Part shown: one piece after another, positions 7,494 to 13,565 of the stretch | How positions within the stretch are numbered: position 1 is the first letter of the stretch | Layout: the number at the start of each line of letters is the position of its first letter | DNA from: Candidatus Hermodarchaeota archaeon | GTDB taxonomy: Archaea; Asgardarchaeota; Lokiarchaeia; Sigyniarchaeales; SOKP01 | Assembly (NCBI GenBank): GCA_048885925.1 | Contig: JBHLLG010000075.1 | Location: forward strand, 1 to 13,565 | Reading direction: 5' to 3' | DNA length: 13,565 nucleotides | Made by a program: the position numbers and the translations under genes | Notes under the pieces: generated by a model | The model's database searches: none | Told to the model about the DNA's origin: nothing | The model's input: only the letters and a program-made list of their open reading frames with translations

Positions 7494-8594
7494 CTATTTC
7501 AATTTACTCCAAAATTCATCAGGAGTTAGAGACTTTGAAATTTTTGAAAATGGACAAACTGCAATACAATATCCACAATCACTGCTATTTTCCACCCAAT
7601 ACTCAAAACATTTTTCAGCGTCAATGTAATATTTTTTAACACCAGAATTATTAGATATATTTATACCTTTAAATCGGGGTTCTTTTTCCTTTGAGATGGC
7701 ATGAGTCTCACAAGCATCAGCACATTTAAAACAATTCTTACAATAGTTACTCACTTTTTCAATGAATTTTGAATTCGGTTGATCTGAAATTAGAGGTAAA
7801 TCTGTAAATACTTTACAAATTCTCACTCTTGGACCATATTCTGGAGTAATTAGTAATCCTAATCTTCCTAACGCTCCAAGACCAGCATCTACTGCTAAAG
7901 GTATACTAATTGCAGTATCATTACCACACTGAATAGCTCTATATCCTAAATTTCGTATAAAACTTCCAATACAAGATATCACAAAAGCCATTTTTGAGTA
8001 ACCAATTGCTGCTGCACCTGCTGCTGGTTGAGCAGGGGCTGTTGAAATAGCACCCTCATCCATTTCTATTGCCATAACTATAACTTTATTAACTATTTCA
8101 GGTAAATTTATTGGTGTTTCAAGTATAGAGAAATCCATTTGAGTTCCATCTCTTAGAGCTCCTTTTGATGATTCTTCATCTGTAGATGCGGGACGCCTAA
8201 AACCTGTCTTGTAAAGCCATTTTTCATTTATATCTGCTATACCAACTAAAGAAGCTCCATAAAATTTTGCGATTCTCTTGATTCTTTTTGTTAAAATAAG
8301 TGGATCCTTAACTTCATATTTAGATTTTAACCATTCTTTTCCATAATCACCCATATATGGAGTCTCCTCTTCCCACGCAAATGCAAAAGGAAATTTTTCG
8401 TATACAGTCCAACCTGCTTTAACAAACGCAAAATCAAGTCGAGAATATCCTGCCTTTCCTGAGGTGATATGTTTCATTATATTATTATAAAACATCTTTC
8501 CATAGGTAGATAAAGATTTATCCCATAAGCGACGATAAATCATGTTTTTCTTTTCATCAAAACGATTATAAACTGTTTCATCTATTTCATACAT
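7494..8594 (-). CDS. rdhA: Reductive dehalogenase-like cobalamin/2x[4Fe-4S] protein without Tat signal
   Basis: Motifs AKFYGASLVGI, GYSKM, FIRNLGYRAI and IPLAVDAGLGALGRLGLLITPEYGPRVRICKVFTDLPL. Fe-S motifs CKNCFKCADAC and CFEYW..DCGYCIAVCPF. No RRxFxK leader at the N-terminus. Confidence 0.85.
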   Translation of the reverse strand: MYEIDETVYNRFDEKKNMIYRRLWDKSLSTYGKMFYNNIMKHITSGKAGYSRLDFAFVKAGWTVYEKFPFAFAWEEETPYMGDYGKEWLKSKYEVKDPLILTKRIKRIAKFYGASLVGIADINEKWLYKTGFRRPASTDEESSKGALRDGTQMDFSILETPINLPEIVNKVIVMAIEMDEGAISTAPAQPAAGAAAIGYSKMAFVISCIGSFIRNLGYRAIQCGNDTAISIPLAVDAGLGALGRLGLLITPEYGPRVRICKVFTDLPLISDQPNSKFIEKVSNYCKNCFKCADACETHAISKEKEPRFKGINISNNSGVKKYYIDAEKCFEYWVENSSDCGYCIAVCPFSKISKSLTPDEFWSKLK

Positions 8595-8913
8595 TTCTAC
8601 TAATACTTTTCAATAATTTATATTATAAGATTAACAATTCATTATGTATTTACTATAATTTAATAGAAAAAAATTCATTAATTAATGTTAACATGTAATC
8701 TCTATTGACAAATCTATAAAAGTAAATGACAAAAAATTTTAAACTAATATTTCAATCTCTTTAATATAAAACTTCAAATTATTTTATATATTATAGAAAA
8801 AAATATTTATTATAGAAATCTTAACAGATAACAAATCAAAAAAACAATAAATCCTTTTAAATGAGACTAAAATACTTAGATACCTTTAATATCAAATATT
8901 CGTTGAATAGAAA

Positions 8914-8918
8914 GAGGT
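8914..8918 (+). promoter_or_regulatory. Shine-Dalgarno-like site for the second GTPase
   Basis: GAGGT lies 11 nt before ATG 8930 in an otherwise G-poor intergenic region. Confidence 0.5.
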
Positions 8919-8929
8919 AAATTAGAAAG

Positions 8930-9460
8930 ATGTATGACGCGACATATAAAATAGTTATCTTTGGAGATGCTGGTTGTGGAAAAACAACATTAACTCAGAG
9001 ATTTCTAACAAATTTATTTAAATCTGATTCAAAAATGACGATAGGCGTTGATTTTGAAGTTAAAAGCCTAGAAATCAACGGGAAAAAGATAAAACTTCAA
9101 ATTTGGGATTTTGGAGGGGAGGAACGATTTAGATTTTTATTACCTACTTATGTGAGAGGATCTAATGGAGCTCTTTTTATGTATGATGTAACCAATTATA
9201 GTTCTTTAGCTCATATTGATGATTGGTTAATGGTAATAAGAAGAGAATTAAGAGCTGAGGATCAATTTCCCATAATTGTTGTAGGAGGAAAAGCAGATCT
9301 TGTTGATGAACGCGAGGTTACAGGTCAAGAGGGAATAAATATCGCAAAATCAAGGAGTGTTGATGGATTTATAGAGTGTAGCTCAAAAACAGGTGAAAAC
9401 GTTGAAGAAACGTTTGAAGCTTTATCCCGATTGATGTTAACAAAATCTAATTTACTTTAA
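8930..9460 (+). CDS. Rab-like small GTPase with variant G3 (DFGGE) and G4 (GKAD)
   Basis: G1 GDAGCGKTT, G2 TIGVDF, KLQIWDFGGEERFR, YVRGS, FMYDVT, G4 GGKAD, G5 CSSK; no C-terminal Cys. Confidence 0.95.
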   Translation: MYDATYKIVIFGDAGCGKTTLTQRFLTNLFKSDSKMTIGVDFEVKSLEINGKKIKLQIWDFGGEERFRFLLPTYVRGSNGALFMYDVTNYSSLAHIDDWLMVIRRELRAEDQFPIIVVGGKADLVDEREVTGQEGINIAKSRSVDGFIECSSKTGENVEETFEALSRLMLTKSNLL

Positions 9461-9534
9461 AATGTTAATGAATAGTAAATTAAATTCCAACTTGTTTTTA
9501 AGTATATAAAAAGTGAAAGTAAATCTTCAAATTA

Positions 9535-10470
9535 TCATTCTATACTATCTTCTTCTAAAAGCTTTTTTTGCTTTAATCTTACATCTTTTCTCCTGGTTGC
9601 TACCATAATTTGAAAATCGATATCCTTTTTATAGATATCAGCACATCTTGTTATTTCAGTAGGGATAATTTCCTTATCATTTTCTCCATTTATTTGGATT
9701 CCATTAAATAGAGGCAACTCAGAAAGTTTATTTATTAACTTTTTCATTAATTCCTCGGGTAATACATCAGATCGGTCTTTAATAGCAATTTCAATCATTT
9801 CTTCTAATTTACTATAAACTTCTCTCTTACTAAATTGACATAGTACACATTTTGAACTTCTTTTGCGAAAAATATTTAATATTATTAACCCAGTTAAAAA
9901 TTTGAAATTTCTTTTCAATATATTTTTATCTTCACACCCATATTGATTTATGTATTTTTGTATATATTTTTCGGAATCTCTATATAATTGAGAAAAATAT
10001 AATGCTCTATCAAAATACGCTGGAACAATGCAAAAAATTCGAGTAAACCAAAAAGGGTTGATCTTTTCGGGAGGCTCCTCATAAAAGATATAATAAACTG
10101 TTCTTCCGTCTCTTTCTTTATATAATGTGAATTCTTTTTTTAGCATATTCAAATATGTTGATATTGTTGAACGAGCAATCTCTTTAAAATATCGTTTATA
10201 TTCTTGTTCAACTTCCCCTGTTGTAATTTTAATTTTTCCTGCTAAATAAAACTTTAAAATAATTCCTAATATACGGTTTTCATGAAGACGTCCAGTCTTT
10301 ATTTGCTGTTCTTCTGCTTCATCCTCTCGGAATTGATATATAAATGCGATTTCAGGGACATAATCTTGAATAACACTGTCTATAAGTTTAAGATCGGTAT
10401 CTTTTATTTCCACACCTTCTAATTTCGTGCTTTCTAACAAATATTTTTCTATTTCAGGTTTTTCAGACAA
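9535..10470 (-). CDS. Uncharacterised protein with a winged helix-turn-helix domain, putative transcription regulator
   Basis: ITTGEVEQEY..IARSTISTYLNMLKKEFTLYKERDGRTVYY is a wHTH recognition helix plus wing. Helical C-terminal region contains CVLC. TTG start is preceded by GTGAG (10485-10481). Confidence 0.65.
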   Translation of the reverse strand: MSEKPEIEKYLLESTKLEGVEIKDTDLKLIDSVIQDYVPEIAFIYQFREDEAEEQQIKTGRLHENRILGIILKFYLAGKIKITTGEVEQEYKRYFKEIARSTISTYLNMLKKEFTLYKERDGRTVYYIFYEEPPEKINPFWFTRIFCIVPAYFDRALYFSQLYRDSEKYIQKYINQYGCEDKNILKRNFKFLTGLIILNIFRKRSSKCVLCQFSKREVYSKLEEMIEIAIKDRSDVLPEELMKKLINKLSELPLFNGIQINGENDKEIIPTEITRCADIYKKDIDFQIMVATRRKDVRLKQKKLLEEDSIE

Positions 10471-10713
10471 ATTCTAATAACTCACTGAATTGATTTCTAT
10501 TTTATTTTTATCTATATTATTAAAAAAAACAATGTATCTTAATAAAAATTTACGTTCTACTTTACTAGAATTTATGTATTTATTACTGTTTCTATCAAAT
10601 ATTAAATTGTTTTGAGATATCCTCTATTTTTTGAAATATTTTGAAAAATCATATTTCTTGTTCAGTAAGACGGTTAGTGTTTAAATTTTCTCGGATAAGT
10701 TGATATAATAATT

Positions 10714-10739
10714 AAAAAAGTAAGAGCATGTCTCTACTT
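10714..10739 (-). terminator. Hairpin plus T-tract downstream of the acyl-CoA ligase gene
   Basis: The minus strand reads AAGTA-GAG-acatg-CTC-t-TACTT followed by TTTT, about 37 nt after the stop at 10776. Confidence 0.4.
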
Positions 10740-10775
10740 GAATTCAACAACACTTTAAATAGCTTTAGAAAGAAT

Positions 10776-12569
10776 TTATTCATTTTCTCCATACTTTTCT
10801 TTCCACAGAGGATCAGATTCTTGTAATACTCTTCTCTGAACTTTTCCAAGTATTAAATTTTTAGGAAGTTCACCTATTATTGCCACACTATGGGGTACTT
10901 TATAATGTGCCATATTATTCTTCGCCCAATCTTTTATTTTTTGAGGTGAACAATCGCAGTCTTCTCTAATTGCAACCCACGCTTTAATTATTTCTCCAAA
11001 TTTCTCATCTGGTAACCCACAAACAGCAGCTTCTACAACATCAGGGTGTTTCATTAATAATTCCTCAACTTCCTTAGGAAAAACGGAATACCCTTTACAC
11101 TTTATAAGTTGCTTTTTCCTATCTCGTATTTCTATCGTCCCATCTTCATTCATAAAACCAATATCTCCTGTTAATAACCACATTTTACCTTTATAATCTT
11201 TAATAGTTTCTTCTGTTTCATCAGGTTTATCAAGATATTTTAACATTATTTGAGGACCACTGATACATATTTCCCCAGTGTGATCAATACCAAAATTTAC
11301 ATCATTAGGATTTCCTAAGCATATAGGGCCCTCCTCGAAATTATCAATGGGCCATATCCCCCATTCAGTTCCAGGAAAAGGCATTCCAATACTGCCAATA
11401 GGGCTTTCTCCAAATAAATTTCCCGCACTTACAGCTGGACTTGCCTCAGATAATCCATATCCCTCAACAATTCTCCCCCCTGTATTCTGAACAAAAGCAT
11501 CCCGAACTTGTTTATGTAATGGACCTGCACTTGAGATACATAAAATTAATTTCCCCATAACATTTGGGAATCTTCTCTTAAGATTTTTGAGTTCTGCAAG
11601 ACTATTAAATAATATTTCAGTACCCGCATAAATTAATCCTTCTTTGCACGGCAATCTTTCGATTTGTTGACATAATTCAACTTGTGAGGGAGGGGTTGGA
11701 AAAAGCATGATCCAACCACCAACAGTTAAAGTTGTATTCATTATAACTGTATGGGCAAAACTATGAAACAAAGGTAACACTCCTATATTTCCAATTCCGG
11801 GTTTTTCCCCACCTAACCATAATTTACATTGTTTTGCATTAGAAACTACATTAAAATGTGTTAAAACCGCAGCTTTTGGTAGACCTGTTGTTCCACCAGT
11901 CATAATATATGTGGCAGGATGTTCCTTTACATCAATATCAACTTTTGGAACTTCTGGTTTTGTTTTTAAGAGTTCATTAAATTTTAATGCCCCAGGAAAA
12001 TCAACTTTACCAGTTGGAATCTTTTTTACAAAAATTCCAATTGCTCTTTTTACTCCTTTAATTTCAGCTAAATCTGTAAGATTCGTAAAAACAACTATCT
12101 TTATTGTTGAATCTTGAATTATTGGTTTTATAAAAGGTTCATATAAGGCATCTAATACTATAAGCATTTTTGGCTTAATTATATCAAGTTGATGGAGAAT
12201 TTCCACAGGTTGGTATGTTGGATTAATTCCACTTACTATGGCGCCAATTGCAGTAGCAGCAAAATATGTCACAATGTATTGAGGACAATTAGGTAAATGC
12301 AAAGCTATAACATCACCTTTTTTAATTCCTAACTTTGCGATTGCTGTAGCAAAAGATTTTACATAATCCTGAAACCGCTTATAGGTAATCCATGAATCTA
12401 AAAACCAAATAAAATTGTCATTGCTATATTTTTCCACTTGTTCCTCCAATAATTCATTCAAGGTTTTTTCTTCGAATTCAGTATTAAAAGGAACATTTTC
12501 TGGCCACCACTTCTTAAACCAACGCTTATTTTCATCAACATGGAAAACCTTTTGCATTTTTAATGTCAT
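10776..12569 (-). CDS. fadD: Long-chain fatty acid--CoA ligase (AMP-forming acyl-CoA synthetase, FadD-like)
   Basis: ANL-superfamily motifs MTGGTTGLPK, LPLFH, EGYGLSE, GEICISGPQ, TGD, DRKKQLIK and LPK..GK. Substrate chain length is inferred. Confidence 0.9.
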   Translation of the reverse strand: MTLKMQKVFHVDENKRWFKKWWPENVPFNTEFEEKTLNELLEEQVEKYSNDNFIWFLDSWITYKRFQDYVKSFATAIAKLGIKKGDVIALHLPNCPQYIVTYFAATAIGAIVSGINPTYQPVEILHQLDIIKPKMLIVLDALYEPFIKPIIQDSTIKIVVFTNLTDLAEIKGVKRAIGIFVKKIPTGKVDFPGALKFNELLKTKPEVPKVDIDVKEHPATYIMTGGTTGLPKAAVLTHFNVVSNAKQCKLWLGGEKPGIGNIGVLPLFHSFAHTVIMNTTLTVGGWIMLFPTPPSQVELCQQIERLPCKEGLIYAGTEILFNSLAELKNLKRRFPNVMGKLILCISSAGPLHKQVRDAFVQNTGGRIVEGYGLSEASPAVSAGNLFGESPIGSIGMPFPGTEWGIWPIDNFEEGPICLGNPNDVNFGIDHTGEICISGPQIMLKYLDKPDETEETIKDYKGKMWLLTGDIGFMNEDGTIEIRDRKKQLIKCKGYSVFPKEVEELLMKHPDVVEAAVCGLPDEKFGEIIKAWVAIREDCDCSPQKIKDWAKNNMAHYKVPHSVAIIGELPKNLILGKVQRRVLQESDPLWKEKYGENE

Positions 12570-12715
12570 TTTTTATTCACAAAAATGAAAATAATTTTTG
12601 TTTCTTGATATCACTTTGATTAATCAAAATTTAAAACTTTGTAAGAATTAGTAACTGAAAAACCTTATTTTTATACAAAACTCATTAAATTTGAGATAAA
12701 AAATTGACAAATTCG

Positions 12716-12760
12716 AAAAAATTTAAAAAAAAAGAAAAAAAATAATTAAAAAATAATTAA
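12716..12760 (-). terminator. Oligo-T archaeal-type terminator after the surface-protein gene
   Basis: Several A runs on + (T runs on -, up to 9 long) immediately downstream of the stop at 12762. Confidence 0.55.
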
Positions 12761-12761
12761 T

Positions 12762-13565
12762 TTAGAATCTTCTATCCTTTCTCCTCTTGATTAAAATGGT
12801 AGCAACTCCTACTAATCCAACTCCAGCAATCAAAACAATTAACGCCCAGAATGCTTCTCCTTCGAAAACCATATAAACTGAGAAAGTAGGATCATGCCAG
12901 ACACCCTGACCAGTTCCATCAAATTCAGGATAACAAACAGCATAGACCATTACATTGAATTCAGTTGTAACTCTAATATCCGAAGCGAAAGTTTGCGAAG
13001 TTGTCTCATCTCCTAAGGTGAACGTATCATGTCTGTCCATTTCCCATTGCCATAATACAAGTGGTAGAATATTGGTACTTGCATTATATTTAGGTGCTGT
13101 TATTTTATCATTACCCATTTCATAAAATTTTCCTGCAATGTCAACAAAATTTAACTTTTCGGCAGCTCTTCCACCAATGTAATTTCCTACTTTCAACTCA
13201 TGAGTAGATGCTATATAATCCTCTTCAGGATCTAAAAATTCTTCTGGCTCATCTGGTACTTCATTAAGCGCTACATTTAAATGGAAATGCAATACCGTAG
13301 ACACATAAATAATTGCTAAATCTAATCCCGGTACATCAAGATTATTAGGTCCAGATCCACCATTCCAAGGAGCAAAGTTTTGATCTAATTTTACAAGTCC
13401 TTTAGCAGAACCAACTTCTGAATCTGTAATAGGCTCAAAGGTGAAACCAAAGTAAATATAAGCTAAATTCTCCTCAGGTGCTTTTAAATATGAATCTAAA
13501 TCAACAAAGATTGGAACTGCGGAAATATTTGCATTTTCTAAAGTTAATCCCCAGGAGATGCTTTT
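12762..13565 (-). CDS. 5'-truncated type I membrane / cell-surface protein (C-terminal TM helix plus basic tail)
   Basis: The frame stays open upstream of the track's GTG 13304 to the window edge (KSISWGLTLENANISAVPIFVDLDSYLKAPEENLAYIYFGFTFEPITDSEVGSAKGLVKLDQNFAPWNGGSGPNNLDVPGLDLAIIY-VSTVLH...). Acidic beta-rich ectodomain, TM FWALIVLIAGVGLVGVATILI, tail KRRKDRRF. Confidence 0.85.
   Translation of the reverse strand, partial: KSISWGLTLENANISAVPIFVDLDSYLKAPEENLAYIYFGFTFEPITDSEVGSAKGLVKLDQNFAPWNGGSGPNNLDVPGLDLAIIYVSTVLHFHLNVALNEVPDEPEEFLDPEEDYIASTHELKVGNYIGGRAAEKLNFVDIAGKFYEMGNDKITAPKYNASTNILPLVLWQWEMDRHDTFTLGDETTSQTFASDIRVTTEFNVMVYAVCYPEFDGTGQGVWHDPTFSVYMVFEGEAFWALIVLIAGVGLVGVATILIKRRKDRRF

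Noticed and set aside
8008-8052. GC-richer GCT/GCA-repetitive patch in the rdhA-like gene
   Set aside because: Simply encodes the Ala-rich segment APAQPAAGAAA; not a DNA repeat element.
3535-9537. TGA stops (dys, speB, argS, wHTH) and TAG stops as possible selenocysteine/pyrrolysine read-through
   Set aside because: For the recognisable families the stops fall at the expected C-termini (e.g. ArgS terminal Met), and none aligns with a catalytic Cys. The argS read-through frame closes after 13 codons, out of frame with speB. I recognised no convincing SECIS.
11911-12117. Plus-strand 68-aa ORF
   Set aside because: Antisense shadow of fadD.
1-13565. CRISPR array, tRNA/rRNA, transposase, integrase or provirus
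   Set aside because: No regularly spaced repeats, no GC-rich structured RNA islands in the intergenic gaps, and no ORF with such motifs.

Overview
AT-rich (by eye roughly 25-30% GC; not computed), gene-dense chromosomal window that reads as an Asgard archaeon, most like Lokiarchaeia. This is inferred from two Rab-like small GTPases without prenylation tails, a stand-alone longin-like protein, archaeal-type ArgS and deoxyhypusine synthase, and a signal-less reductive-dehalogenase homologue. Gene order: Rab-like GTPase (-), LITAF-like/zinc-ribbon membrane protein (+), CinA-C/PncC (+), M29 aminopeptidase (-), longin-like protein (+), an apparent argS-agmatinase-deoxyhypusine synthase operon (-), reductive dehalogenase-like B12/Fe-S protein (-), second Rab-like GTPase with non-canonical G3/G4 (+), winged-helix protein (-), long-chain acyl-CoA ligase (-), and the 3' part of a C-terminally anchored surface protein that runs off the right edge (-). 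I saw no rRNA, tRNA, CRISPR array or transposase. The best leads are the cluster of eukaryote-like membrane-trafficking parts, the arginine/agmatine/hypusine operon, the orphan dehalogenase, and a possible MITE-like insert at 7230-7388. All functional calls come from motif recognition only; no database search was run.
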